Source: a virus | Strand: one strand, 5' to 3' | IMG/VR virus record: IMGVR_UViG_3300025914_000009 | Span: 32,001 to 96,000 of that record | Length of the DNA stretch: 64,000 bases | Shown: positions 17,183 through 27,414 of the stretch, in pieces | How the letters are laid out: each line of letters begins with the position of its first letter | Position numbering within the stretch: the first letter of the stretch is position 1 | The notes under the pieces: model-generated | The model's database searches: none | Seen by the model: only the letters and a program-made list of their open reading frames with translations | Told to the model about the DNA's origin: nothing | Made by a program: the position numbers and the translations under genes

Positions 17183-17395
17183 TTACATTAGCCATCTTAT
17201 CAATAGTTTAGCCTCCATTACTGGAAGAAATTTCGCATCCTGTATGTCCCCCAGGGGAATGGAGAAATTAATGATTCCATCAATAGAACCTGTCCAAAGG
17301 TTAGTCATGTACAGCATCCTTTCTTTATCCACATACAAAAGCTCAGCCTTTGGATTTTTCTTATACAACTCCTTTTTAATTTCATTTAGTTCCAT
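17183..17395 (-). CDS. Hypothetical protein inside tRNA operon C
   Basis: MELNEIKKELYK...; start taken just after tRNA-Gly. Confidence 0.65.
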   Translation of the reverse strand: MELNEIKKELYKKNPKAELLYVDKERMLYMTNLWTGSIDGIINFSIPLGDIQDAKFLPVMEAKLLIRWLM

Positions 17396-17396
17396 G

Positions 17397-17467
17397 AGCA
17401 CCAACAGGGAGTCGAACCCTGCTCTCAGGCTTGGAAGGCTAGTGCATTACCGAAATGCTTCTGGTGC
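17397..17467 (-). tRNA. tRNA-Gly(TCC)
   Basis: Loop CT-TCC-AA. Confidence 0.85.
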
Positions 17468-17518
17468 ATAGAGGGGGACAGGTTATTTAATCCTTTAAGG
17501 GACTCCCCCAGACCCTGG

Positions 17519-17593
17519 TTGCGGGAGAGGGAATCGAACCCTCGTAGTTCAGCTTATGAGACTGAGCTGGCACCATCTCCAGTCTACCCCGCA
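17519..17593 (-). tRNA. tRNA-Met(CAT)
   Basis: TCAGT CT-CAT-AA GCTGA; fMet-like acceptor TGCGGGG but no triple G-C anticodon stem. Confidence 0.8.
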
Positions 17594-17841
17594 ATCTTTA
17601 ATTGTTTCTTTTCCTCCTCTGTCAAATCATAATCCTCTTTTACCAAAGTCAAAATTAAGTTAAGTTCCTCAGCAAATCTAATTCTTCCTCTAAAGACTAT
17701 TTCATCAAACCTCTTATTTCTGATAGACACTATACTAAAATCATGAGAGTCATTTTTTAATATAGTTATCTGATAAGAATCATCATGAAACTGCCATGGC
17801 AACCTCTGCTCGAAACCTAGTTCTAACAAGTGCTCTTTCAT
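17584..17841 (-). CDS. Hypothetical protein inside tRNA operon C
   Basis: 85 aa ORF between tRNA-Asn and tRNA-Met. Confidence 0.6.
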   Translation of the reverse strand: MKEHLLELGFEQRLPWQFHDDSYQITILKNDSHDFSIVSIRNKRFDEIVFRGRIRFAEELNLILTLVKEDYDLTEEEKKQLKIAG

Positions 17842-17842
17842 G

Positions 17843-17915
17843 AGGACAGTTTAGGGATCGAACCTAAGACCTAAGAGTTAACAGCTCTTTGCTACTGCCA
17901 CTGAGCTAACTGTCC
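17843..17915 (-). tRNA. tRNA-Asn(GTT)
   Basis: AAGAG CT-GTT-AA CTCTT. Confidence 0.9.
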
Positions 17916-17959
17916 ATTTCCAGTTTTGTACTCCACGCAGATACTGGTAAACTGACCTG

Positions 17960-18031
17960 AGGACTTACAAGGAATCCAACCTTGATAGCTTGCTTAGAAG
18001 GCAAGAGCTCTATGCATTGAGCTATAAGTCC
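17960..18031 (-). tRNA. tRNA-Arg(TCT)
   Basis: CTTGC CT-TCT-AA GCAAG. Confidence 0.88.
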
Positions 18032-18034
18032 ATG

Positions 18035-18107
18035 TTGTCCCACTTAGAATCGAACTAAGGTCGCTAGTTTGTAAGACTAGAGCACTCAACCACTGTGCTA
18101 TAGGACA
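18035..18107 (-). tRNA. tRNA-Val(TAC)
   Basis: CTAGT CT-TAC-AA ACTAG. Confidence 0.9.
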
Positions 18108-18113
18108 ATCTTG

Positions 18114-18185
18114 TTCCCCTGGAAGGGCTCGAACCTTCAACCTTCTCCTTAAGAGGGAGTAGCTCTACCATTAAGCTACAGAGGA
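18114..18185 (-). tRNA. tRNA-Lys(CTT)
   Basis: Loop CT-CTT-AA. Confidence 0.88.
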
Positions 18186-18197
18186 ATTTTATCTCTG

Positions 18198-18268
18198 TAC
18201 CCCCACCAAGGATCGAACTTGGTTCCACTGGTTAAAAGCCAGTTACTTCACCATAAAGCTTTGAGGGT
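18198..18268 (-). tRNA. tRNA-Lys(TTT)
   Basis: ACTGG CT-TTT-AA CCAGT. Confidence 0.88.
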
Positions 18269-18274
18269 AATTGT

Positions 18275-18312
18275 AAACAAAAATCCCCAGAGCTTATGGG
18301 CTCCAGGGACTC
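18275..18312 (-). terminator. Attenuator terminator of tRNA operon C
   Basis: GAGTCCCTGGAGC-CCATAA-GCTCTGGGGA-TTTTTG. Confidence 0.8.
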
Positions 18313-18334
18313 TTGTTTGCTGTTTATAAACCTG

Positions 18335-18415
18335 TTAATTAGCAGACAGTGGAATCCCTGGAGCAGATTTCTCTGCACCTCTTACAATCCCATTATCCAC
18401 TATTGAGTAAAACAT
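18335..18415 (-). CDS. Leader peptide C (MFYSIVDNGIVRGAEKSAPGIPLSAN)
   Basis: 26 aa ORF after promoter; codons 5-16 use only I,V,D,N,G,R(AGA),A,E,K, the downstream tRNA set. Confidence 0.85.
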   Translation of the reverse strand: MFYSIVDNGIVRGAEKSAPGIPLSAN

Positions 18416-18438
18416 TGTTTGCTTTTTTAAGATTTTAG

Positions 18439-18470
18439 CAAATATAATACCACTTTTTGACATGGCCAAA
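18439..18470 (-). promoter_or_regulatory. Bacteroidota sigmaA promoter, tRNA operon C
   Basis: TTTG-N20-TATATTTG. Confidence 0.85.
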
Positions 18471-18478
18471 TAATTCCA

Positions 18479-18898
18479 CTACTTTTTTTCTCCTAGCTCC
18501 CCTGGGGAAGATAGCTGATTAGAGTCACAAATTATACCCAGGACTGGCTGACCTATCTTCCCTGAACTCTGCCTCTTCTCCATAAACTCATCCAGCTTAG
18601 CTTCAAACTTCTTCCTTGGCCAGGTACACACAAACTCTCCATACATATCACTGACCACAATAGTCAGATCAAATCCTCCTTCAGCTACCTCCTCTACCTT
18701 CCTCTCTCTGGAAAATCCATCATGCCACATAAGCTTATGAAGATCTCTGGCAGGTATCCTAACCCAACCAGTAATCCAATCTATTGGCACAGGCTCCTCA
18801 GTAGTATCTTTATCTTCCTGTTCCATAGCCTTCTTAACAGAGAATCCATCATATATCTTCATAGGAAAGCTAAAGAACTCTTCAGTGAATTTACCCAT
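18479..18898 (-). CDS. Hypothetical protein
   Basis: 139 aa ORF with its own promoter. Confidence 0.7.
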   Translation of the reverse strand: MGKFTEEFFSFPMKIYDGFSVKKAMEQEDKDTTEEPVPIDWITGWVRIPARDLHKLMWHDGFSRERKVEEVAEGGFDLTIVVSDMYGEFVCTWPRKKFEAKLDEFMEKRQSSGKIGQPVLGIICDSNQLSSPGELGEKK

Positions 18899-18913
18899 AC
18901 TTTATATTTTATT

Positions 18914-18945
18914 CAAAGGTAATACGTTATAGTGGAATTTCCAAA
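18914..18945 (-). promoter_or_regulatory. Bacteroidota sigmaA promoter
   Basis: TTTG-N20-TACCTTTG. Confidence 0.8.
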
Positions 18946-19771
18946 TGGTGAATAAGTGAGAGAGACCTGTCAGTACTTATAGTACTTGCCCCTGGGAGTA
19001 CTTGGAAGTTAATAGATTTGAGCCCCCTACTAACGGTAGGTATCAGAAAAACTCGGGGTTTTGTCTCATAGGCTTTTTATATAACCTATTGATATATAAT
19101 TACTTAATCCCAATATCTTCGGTTAACCATGTTTTAAAACTTATGTATATCTATGAGTATGATGGTGACACCATCCCTTGACCCCTTGGCAAAATCGTCG
19201 TGCTGGGGGTATCCCCCCATGACCCCTTGGGGAAAGTGCGATTCAGATTATGTCACATCGCCTTGAAAATCAAGGATTTATGTTTTAAGGAGTCGAACCA
19301 AAGCCAGAGGTTGGGAACCAGTAGTACCAATACAGCGTGAGGAAAGCTCCTTATACATATATATAATGGTATAACCCTAAAACCCCATCAACATGGTACT
19401 AACAGCAGTCATAACAACAGCTTTAATAGTCTCTGCATTCATTTGGAACCACAAGATGAACAGAGCTAAGTGATTGATACACAATGAATTGGGACGGTCA
19501 GAGAGAGTTTGAGTACACTTTACAACTCATAACTCTCTCATTTTCTATTACTTAGTTAACCTGATGAGGAATAGTATACATTATGGCATTTATTACACCA
19601 CTACATATATGTTATCTACTATATTCCCTTAGGGAGGATATAGATAACCTTTTAGAGCTCAATATTAAAATGGTCTTCAAGCAGGGCTAAAATACTGTGA
19701 ATACTACAGAAAACAGTAGTTAGTTGACCTATTTTCGAATTAAATTTCTTCAACAATAAAACATCAAGACA

Positions 19772-20326
19772 ATGGCAGACACAAACACACAAACAACTGA
19801 ACAAGTTGCACAGCCAATGCAACAGGAGCCATCAGCTTTAGAAAGAGCTAAAATGGCTGACACAAGACAAGTTATTACTTTGGATGCTGAAGCAGCTTAT
19901 GATGAGCTTGAGCTATTTGGCACACAACCCGGTGAGTACAGAGAAGATTCACCAGTACAGGGTGAATACTGGAGATTTAAATTCAGAGGAGCAATTTGCA
20001 CTGTATCTCCTGAGTTTAAAGAGGCTTACGACAGTGGTAATCTGTTGAGCATTACAGCATCACCAACAGTATTTACAGTAACTAAAGCTGATCCTAACAA
20101 TGCTGGCAAGAAAATGGAGCAGGTTGGGTATGGTTACAGCCTGAGTTACAGCGATTTAGCCAAGAAACAGAAGGCACAAAAGGCTAAATTAGCTGCTAAA
20201 GAACTGGGCCTGAAAGCACAGGTACAGGAGCTTAAGATGGAGAAGAAGCTGGAGGCAATCAAAGCAGCTGATTTCAAAGTAGTGCTCACTGAAGATGAGA
20301 TGCAGGAGCTAATGGGAGCAATCTAA
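19772..20326 (+). CDS. Hypothetical protein (first long gene of plus arm)
   Basis: 184 aa ORF, A-rich leader, followed by terminator. Confidence 0.75.
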   Translation: MADTNTQTTEQVAQPMQQEPSALERAKMADTRQVITLDAEAAYDELELFGTQPGEYREDSPVQGEYWRFKFRGAICTVSPEFKEAYDSGNLLSITASPTVFTVTKADPNNAGKKMEQVGYGYSLSYSDLAKKQKAQKAKLAAKELGLKAQVQELKMEKKLEAIKAADFKVVLTEDEMQELMGAI

Positions 20327-20368
20327 TTTACATGGAAGAACACAAGGGATAAACTGATGATTCTAACT

Positions 20369-20400
20369 GGTCGGGGAGCTAAGGCTCTCCGATCTTTTTA
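20369..20400 (+). terminator. Intrinsic terminator
   Basis: GGTCGGGGAGC-TAAG-GCTCTCCGATC-TTTTT. Confidence 0.7.
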
Positions 20401-20659
20401 ATTAACTGAAAATCAAGAGTAATGAAGAAAATAGTCATAAAACAGTATAGCAAGAAGCCTTGTGGATCAACAATAGGAGCATTTGAGTATCATTATGGAG
20501 TCAACTATAATGGTAGCTACAACTACTCTATTGTCACAACAGCTGAATCTATAATGTATATGATTGAGGCTTTAAGAAAAGGTAATGAGGTAGAGTTTAT
20601 AGAAGCTAAAGAGCAGTAATGCTCTTTTTTCCAGCAGTACCACATAACTGTTTGATATT

Positions 20660-20755
20660 CAGCAGATTTCATCAACTTAAACCGTTCTTTTTACATCCAT
20701 TTAGCCCCAAAGCACAAAACGTTCTTTTATTAACCATTTAACCCAAGCACAAACA
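20660..20755 (+). repeat. Imperfect direct repeat (two ~38 bp copies)
   Basis: AACCGTTCTTTTTACATCCATTTAGCCCCAAAGCACAAA / AACGTTCTTTTATTAACCATTTAACCCAAGCACAAA upstream of ORF 20757. Confidence 0.6.
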
Positions 20756-20756
20756 T

Positions 20757-21140
20757 ATGTCATTTCAGATACATGACCTTAAGGGAAGGGCAATACCTAT
20801 AATTGAGCTGGAAAGGGAAGTCTGTGAGTTCTGGAATGTAAAGGAAGATGCAAGGTATTATGCTCATCCTGATATGCTATCACACTACACTAATAGCTGG
20901 TTTGATACTATTGGCTGGGCAATACGCTATCCTGAGAACTATATTAAAGGTTGGAATGATGTCAGATGTACATTATGGACAATACAAGCCAAAAGCCTCT
21001 ATGAGCATTTGTACGACAATGAGAACATGCAAACTCATATAGAGAGAATACAGGTCTTTCTAAAGCCTTATTATGATCTCATAGATCATTGGGAGTCAAA
21101 GGGTTATATTCCAGTAAAGATTGATGATAAAACTACGTAA
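20757..21140 (+). CDS. Hypothetical protein
   Basis: 127 aa ORF. Confidence 0.7.
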   Translation: MSFQIHDLKGRAIPIIELEREVCEFWNVKEDARYYAHPDMLSHYTNSWFDTIGWAIRYPENYIKGWNDVRCTLWTIQAKSLYEHLYDNENMQTHIERIQVFLKPYYDLIDHWESKGYIPVKIDDKTT

Positions 21141-21616
21141 TATGAAGCGTAACCTTATGGAATTAGGCTTTGTAATAGTGTTTTCCATAGTATACTGGTT
21201 ATGCGATAAAATGGAAAGGAGAAAATAATGTCAGATCAGAAAGATATAAGTAATGATCCTCTCACAGTGCTCATAGGACTTATCTTTAGGATACTATGGG
21301 CACTATTTATCCTTGCATGGTTAATTAAGGAGTGCAACTAAATACTACATAATATGCTAAGCGAACAAGATTTGATTAAGATGAGATTCCTCACGCTCCC
21401 CGGAGGATATCCAAGACTATCTATTCAATGCAATACGGTATTAGCTATTTACAGATCAACACTAATAGCAGCCCTGAGGGAATACCCTAGAAAAAGCAAA
21501 GAAAATGCTGCCAGAGCTAAGCTATTGCTATATTATTGCCTAAACTGATCCTTTGAAAGGCTTGTACCTTGTGAAAAAGTAAAACACATTGTTAACTCAT
21601 TAAATCCCCTAGAGCA

Positions 21617-22057
21617 ATGACTTACGATGATTTCGAAGAACTACCAGAAGAATTTCTCCAATCAGAGGCAGAACTGAGGAGAGAAAACAAAAGGCTTCTC
21701 AGGCTAATGAAGAAAGCTGAGAAGTGGCACGATAAGGAAATAGATGGATTAAGAGGCCAAATAAGAGAGCTTTTAGAAAAGAACATGGATTTAACCGAAA
21801 CCTGCAATCTGTTTGCCAGAGGTATTGACAGATTAAAGGATGAAAAGCACATTATTACAGAATCACACCACTGGACAAGAAAAGGAGCCAGAGGGCTAAA
21901 AGAAAGAATTGGAGATTTTACAAATGATGGTAAAAGGATAGTCACAATAGTACCAATGTTTACAGATCCCCAAGGGCATACAACTGAAGCTCTGATAGTA
22001 ACTGAGCATATAGAGAAAACCAAACCTAAACCAACAAAACTCTTTAATGACATATGA
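21617..22057 (+). CDS. Hypothetical coiled-coil protein
   Basis: 146 aa ORF. Confidence 0.7.
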   Translation: MTYDDFEELPEEFLQSEAELRRENKRLLRLMKKAEKWHDKEIDGLRGQIRELLEKNMDLTETCNLFARGIDRLKDEKHIITESHHWTRKGARGLKERIGDFTNDGKRIVTIVPMFTDPQGHTTEALIVTEHIEKTKPKPTKLFNDI

Positions 22058-22425
22058 CAAAGCAGACTAAAATACTGGCAGCTGCCATATTCATATTATT
22101 AATTATGACAATAGTAGCTGCTTATTTCGCCAAAAAGTCCATAGAGGGCAAGCAAAAGGAATCACAATTCCATCTCAGTGAGGGAACGAGCTTACTGAAT
22201 TTTAATAATAAGACAGTAAGACTTATCTATGTTGATAATTCAAAAGTCCTCACAATATATTTCACAGACAATAGTGTATTCAAAGTGGCTATTGGAGAAA
22301 GAGGGCTGGAATGGATCATAGTAGAAAATCAGATAATTAGAATAAATAAACATAAAAACCCTCAACAATGTTCAGAAAACTATTTGACAGGCTTACAGGG
22401 CATGTACCTGCAACCAGACAAGTAA
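22054..22425 (+). CDS. Hypothetical membrane-anchored protein
   Basis: N-terminal hydrophobic helix; ATGA overlap with upstream gene. Confidence 0.65.
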   Translation: MTKQTKILAAAIFILLIMTIVAAYFAKKSIEGKQKESQFHLSEGTSLLNFNNKTVRLIYVDNSKVLTIYFTDNSVFKVAIGERGLEWIIVENQIIRINKHKNPQQCSENYLTGLQGMYLQPDK

Positions 22426-22766
22426 TGACAACACACCGGTCACAAGGATATGTACTGGCAGCCAGAATGAGAACTGAAGAAGTTAAGCATGATGAAAAGG
22501 TTCTTGCTGATATAGACTGCGTGAGAATAACCAGTTTATCAGCTGTAGTGGGTGAAATTACCTTCTGTCCTGTATTAAGTATAAAAGTAAAGGAGATAGT
22601 GGAACAGGGAGATGGAAAAGAAATAGTTTCACACGAGCCTGTGGTAAAAGGAGGTCTTTTGGCACCTAAACAAGATGGCACATATAGGCTTAAAAATGTA
22701 CTACTTAAATCCAACGGAGTATTGAGTATCGAAGCTACACCTGCTACAAAATGGCAAAAAGCTTAA
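22368..22766 (+). CDS. Hypothetical protein
   Basis: 132 aa ORF. Confidence 0.6.
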   Translation: MFRKLFDRLTGHVPATRQVMTTHRSQGYVLAARMRTEEVKHDEKVLADIDCVRITSLSAVVGEITFCPVLSIKVKEIVEQGDGKEIVSHEPVVKGGLLAPKQDGTYRLKNVLLKSNGVLSIEATPATKWQKA

Positions 22767-23576
22767 ACGAGCAACCAAACAGCTATGTCCGAAGCAGACT
22801 ACCGCAAAATAGACCTGTAGCGACTAATTGAATCGCAAATGCAGACGAGAATTCTTAACATGGGCCCAATGTAAACCTCGCTCAAAAAGCAGGATAACAG
22901 ATTGGCAAAATGTTATAATTCCAAGTGTCTTGAGTGGTAGTTTGTTAGGACGTATTACAAAAGAAATTAATGTACCATTCCCAGAGGTATAACCAAACCT
23001 CCTAAATGAAAGGATCATTTAGCTTCCCAAGGGTGGGCTAAAGTAATTGGAAGACTACAATCTTCGCACAGACAATTACTTGAAGGGTACAGAGGGATTT
23101 CTGAGTGTTTATTTTTTCCATTCCTCTAGTGGCCCTACTATTGCTCAAGGGGGTAGGGTCACTTTTTCTCTGCTATCAAATCACAACAATATGAAGCAGA
23201 CACATTTTATTAGCAAAGAAGAGATCTTCACCATTGAGTTATCAGCATCCCTGCAGTATTGGCTAATAGTGCTAATGATGGACAAAGGGATATGGTATGC
23301 AAAATCCTTTACTGCTGACCAGAAAGGAATACATGGTGATTTTTACGACGAGAGATTTTAAACCACATATTATGGGATTAATTTTGTTCTTATCTATTCT
23401 CGTTGGACTTGTACTATTCAAGAAATGGCTTGATAAGATCTCCAAATGGTAAAATATTTTAAGGGTATCAGAGACCACTCGTTAAAAACCTGGGTAGCCT
23501 GATTTGTCTTAGGTAAGTCTGCCGACCTCCCTCTAGTTGAAGAGGGCTACCCTTTTTCTGAGGAAAATTATATAAA

Positions 23577-23912
23577 ATGAGAATAACAAGAACTAACCAA
23601 GTCACAGGTAGAACACACCAGTTGGATCTTGCAATAACTAAACATGACCTGTTAAAATGGATATGTGGAGAGCTTATCTTATCCCCGGGGGATGGAGAAT
23701 TTCTGACCTCTGGGATGCTTAGCCATGAGCTTGACAGCATAATTGCAGAATGGGAAATAGCAGAATATGCCCTTGAAGAAGAAGAAATTGAAGGTATAAT
23801 ACTATTAGACCCTGAGCAAGTTGAAGAGGTATTAAAACTTATTGCAGCATATAAGCCTGAAAGGCCCGTAAGAGTCTACAAATGTCTCTCATGTGACGAG
23901 AGATTAGTTTAG
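23577..23912 (+). CDS. Hypothetical protein
   Basis: 111 aa ORF. Confidence 0.6.
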   Translation: MRITRTNQVTGRTHQLDLAITKHDLLKWICGELILSPGDGEFLTSGMLSHELDSIIAEWEIAEYALEEEEIEGIILLDPEQVEEVLKLIAAYKPERPVRVYKCLSCDERLV

Positions 23913-23960
23913 GGTTTGGATCATCTACTGTCCAGGTGTTTCTACACCTGGTTCTAAATT

Positions 23961-24124
23961 ATTTCAGAGTGATCCTCTGAGAAACGCCAGTCCCTTTTTA
24001 GCCTTAGGGGGAAGTAGAGCTTAGTCAGAGGCTGATTTTGCTCACTTTGTGGGATTACACTCAACCCCTGAGGGGCTGGCAATGAACGCTTTACCAGTCA
24101 TCAGCATTCTGAGTCACTTGAAAT
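23961..24124 (+). ncRNA. Candidate rod-shaped ncRNA
   Basis: Terminal pairing ATTTCAGAGTGA/TCACTTGAAAT and inner GCCAGTCCCT/AGGGGCTGGC; intergenic. Confidence 0.45.
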
Positions 24125-24206
24125 TAAAGGGTTAGGAGGCACAGATGAAAGGGGTACTATTTATCCTGGATGACTGGTATTTTTAAACATTAACAATTTA
24201 AACTCC

Positions 24207-24509
24207 ATGAGTTCACTTACTAAAAGGAATCTCAAGAAGAAGATTACAAAAATGTCTATCAATGAGGTCATATCACTTATAGACATAGGAATTGCTAATG
24301 GAGCAATAGATGCTAAAGATGAAGATCTCGTAGAGTTAGCCTTTTTAGCTCAGCATCAGCATGAAAGGGCTGGAACTAAGTTTGCTGGTATGATAAATGA
24401 GGGCAGGATAGCACTTTTCTTCAATGCCCTTGATACTACTGTTCCCTTAGGGACAATAGTGGAAACAATACAAGTTGAGGGTATGCTGGTATGCAAAAAG
24501 ATTAAGTAG
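24207..24509 (+). CDS. Hypothetical protein
   Basis: 100 aa ORF. Confidence 0.65.
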   Translation: MSSLTKRNLKKKITKMSINEVISLIDIGIANGAIDAKDEDLVELAFLAQHQHERAGTKFAGMINEGRIALFFNALDTTVPLGTIVETIQVEGMLVCKKIK

Positions 24510-25052
24510 GCGCTTTTTCATAATTGAAAAGAGTACCTCCCGATATATCTATATCTTGGGAGCTTTTAAGATATTATCACTATGAATAAAGCCAAATAGG
24601 AAAAGGCACAATCTGATTTCCTATGAAAGCAAAGCCCCTAAGGCCGATTTGCTGATATCCTGTCATCTTTATAAGAGACAGAGATTTCAAGCTGTACCCC
24701 TGAAACCCACAGGGGGGAGGAGAGTTCCTCTCCCTTCTTATTTTAATAATATGGAAATAGTAGCATTTGACAAACTAGAACTAACTGCCAGTGAGATATA
24801 CTATGGCCTAGTGAAGGTGAATGAAGATGGAGACTATTACTATTATACCGAACCATGGAAGGAGAAGATATATGTCTGGTTACCACCACATGTAATCAGG
24901 GCTCACAATACAGGAAATCTGCGAACTTTAACTCTATTTGAGCACGAAGTAGGCCCATGGACTGTTCGTGAGTTTAGTATATATCTGGAGGAGACTTCAT
25001 ATATGCGCAAACAGAAACTACTAAAATTAACGAAACGAAAAAAACAAACTTT

Positions 25053-25172
25053 ATGAAGGTCAGAAAAACGATGGTAGCAATCCTAATTCTGGTGCTTGGT
25101 ATGATGGTGATCTCTTGTTCATCTTCTCGTAGGGGCTGTTATGCCACTCAGAAGTATGTCGGTTATCACTAA
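25053..25172 (+). CDS. Small putative lipoprotein (39 aa)
   Basis: MKVRKTMVAILILVLGMMVISC-SSSRRGCYATQKYVGYH; signal peptide and lipobox-like Cys. Confidence 0.55.
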   Translation: MKVRKTMVAILILVLGMMVISCSSSRRGCYATQKYVGYH

Positions 25173-25520
25173 AATTGAACATGGGTAGTTTTCTGCCCAT
25201 GTTTCCAACTTCTTTCACTGAAAAACAGTATTCACTATAATAGGATAATCAGTGATCTCATGTAAAAATTTCTCGAACAACAATTAAGCTCAAGGGGGAG
25301 GAATGAATACTGTCCTGCCCCTTTTTATATTATTGAAAATCCCTAAATATGAACTATAGTAGAAGATACCAGAAAAGAGCACATACTCAGGGCCTAATAA
25401 CAGGACTCATAATATTTGTGATGTTCTTTCTGGCAATTTTCGGACGATTTTTATGGTAGAACCCCTCAAACGGCTACCATGAACTAGGGAGGAGAATAAA
25501 TCTCTCCTCTCTTTCCATTA

Positions 25521-25629
25521 TGTCCCTTAACTCAACGGTAGAGTATTCCGATAGCTGCAAGGGTAATTATTAACTTTTAACCCTTTTTCAGTGAATCAGA
25601 AAGTACCTGTTCGATTCAGGTAGGGACAG
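25521..25629 (+). ncRNA. tRNA-like RNA with enlarged anticodon arm
   Basis: Acceptor TGTCCCT/AGGGACA, D arm, T arm ACCTG-TTCGATT-CAGGT; ~55 nt structured insert instead of the anticodon loop. Confidence 0.75.
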
Positions 25630-26579
25630 CTGTACAGCTTTAAGTATCAATGCTCTATAGGTGATCTACATGGAGAGATCACTAAATAGACAGTGTGCAA
25701 TAGTCTGAAACAGAGACTGCATAAGTGCTGGTAGTGGATAAGAAATACGCCACATTTAGAACATTGATACAGCTGTTGTATTGGTCAGCAAGGTACACCC
25801 TGAGAACGGATGTATCTTGTTTTGTTATGTCTGTCAAGTTGTTTTTTCATAGGATGTACCGCACAGCTGAAGTACAGAAGCTTGATCTGTATGGAGGCTG
25901 TGCATTTTTATTTCGAGTTACTAATACCTAGATATATGAGGCACAATGCTTACAGCTACCAACCGCAACTAAAAGTGGATTGCTACCACGTTGCCCAAGC
26001 CCCTAAGCTGTTCGTGAAAAGGGTAGAATTGCTTGAACTTATGAAAATGTGGTCACCTCATCACCCAAATGAAACCCTGTCCAAAGATGATGCTTACTAC
26101 GTAGAGTGTCAGGAAAGAGGGTTCGTTGACTGGAAAACTGCAAAAGTCTATACTTCCAAGCTACTGATCGGTAGAAACAATGTATTTGTTATTAAGATCC
26201 GTAAGCACTAAATCTGTAATGTAACAGTACAATTTTCTCATCTCAAGAAGAATCGTAGTACCAACTACGGTTTAATTGAGAACAGTTCCCCTTGTTCTCA
26301 GGGGGAACTTAAATTAAAAAAGGAGGTATGTATGATTCAGTTGACAGAAGGGGTTTATCTCTGGTTATCACCATGGAAGGTTGAGAGAATCGACCTAGAG
26401 GTATTGGAAGAGCCAGAAGATATGTTCTTTCTCAATTAAGCTTTCTCTCATCCCCTAAGGGAATAGATGTACACTATTCCTTGAAGGGAGATTATAGTTC
26501 GAACTATTTGGTTAACAATGAAATGTAGCGTGTTTTTATTTGTTAACATGCTAAACCTGGTTCTCTTGTAGCGGCTTAT

Positions 26580-27131
26580 ATGGCAGGAATAGTGAAAGTT
26601 CACCGACATGGTGACACATTTGCCACAATGAACCCAGCAACTGGGGAGTGGCAGGAAATGGTGAATGTAGTCTTCGTTGAAGAGGGAAGACAAGGTGTAA
26701 ATCGCACATTGTCAGACACTTCAGATTATCTAAGCCAAATGATGGGTGAAGATGTGGGTCTAAAGAACACAAGGACTCATACTCAGCCTGTTAAGAAAGA
26801 GGCAATAGATAAAGGTCTCTTCCCTGTAGGATTTGAAATGCCTGGTTATATCAATCGTGAGATGTATTCCACACCTCAGATGGCAAACCAGCAGGATAAA
26901 ATCCCAAGGGTAGTAGATGGGAAGATTACATACTTTAAGACAAGCATCGAGGCAACGCCTAAAGATGATGCAGATTACAGGATAGCAGTAGCCAATGTGG
27001 ATATTGTACCTCAGGAGTTGATAACTCAGGCAGCACAAAACCTGAGAGCAACTCAGGTGCGTACAATCCACAGAGCCCCAAATCCTGTCCTACAGAGCAC
27101 TAATGCTCCATTAAGACAGGAACAGGTATAG
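26580..27131 (+). CDS. Hypothetical protein
   Basis: 183 aa ORF followed by terminator-like hairpin. Confidence 0.75.
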   Translation: MAGIVKVHRHGDTFATMNPATGEWQEMVNVVFVEEGRQGVNRTLSDTSDYLSQMMGEDVGLKNTRTHTQPVKKEAIDKGLFPVGFEMPGYINREMYSTPQMANQQDKIPRVVDGKITYFKTSIEATPKDDADYRIAVANVDIVPQELITQAAQNLRATQVRTIHRAPNPVLQSTNAPLRQEQV

Positions 27132-27238
27132 AGATGTCAATTATTAGTATATCTCAAAAGCGGAAAGGAGTTTCTACTCCTTTCTTTTAGTGTTATGTTT
27201 TTAATGGGTGGGGAGGGACTAACAATCCCTCCTTTTTT

Positions 27239-27345
27239 CGTTTCTTAGCACAAGGGTAGTGTATTACTTCTCTGGGCCGTTTTTCTATAAGAGTAGTAAA
27301 TTGGAGTGAGAAGTAAGGGTGAGAGTTCGACCCTCTCAGAAACGG
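27239..27345 (+). ncRNA. tRNA-like RNA with enlarged anticodon arm
   Basis: Acceptor CGTTTCT/AGAAACG, D arm, 9 bp stem TTACTTCTC/GAGAAGTAA enclosing ~35 nt, T arm GAGAG-TTCGACC-CTCTC. Confidence 0.75.
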
Positions 27346-27414
27346 CGGATCTGTTTTAAAAGGTTATCAAAGAGTATATTTTGCGACGGCCCCTGTTTCT
27401 ACAGTGGGCCTCTT

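Noticed and set aside
15099-18268. Suppressor tRNA or alternative genetic code as in some crAss-like phages
   Set aside because: No CTA, TTA or TCA anticodon found; long genes are intact in code 11; TAG and TGA end genes normally
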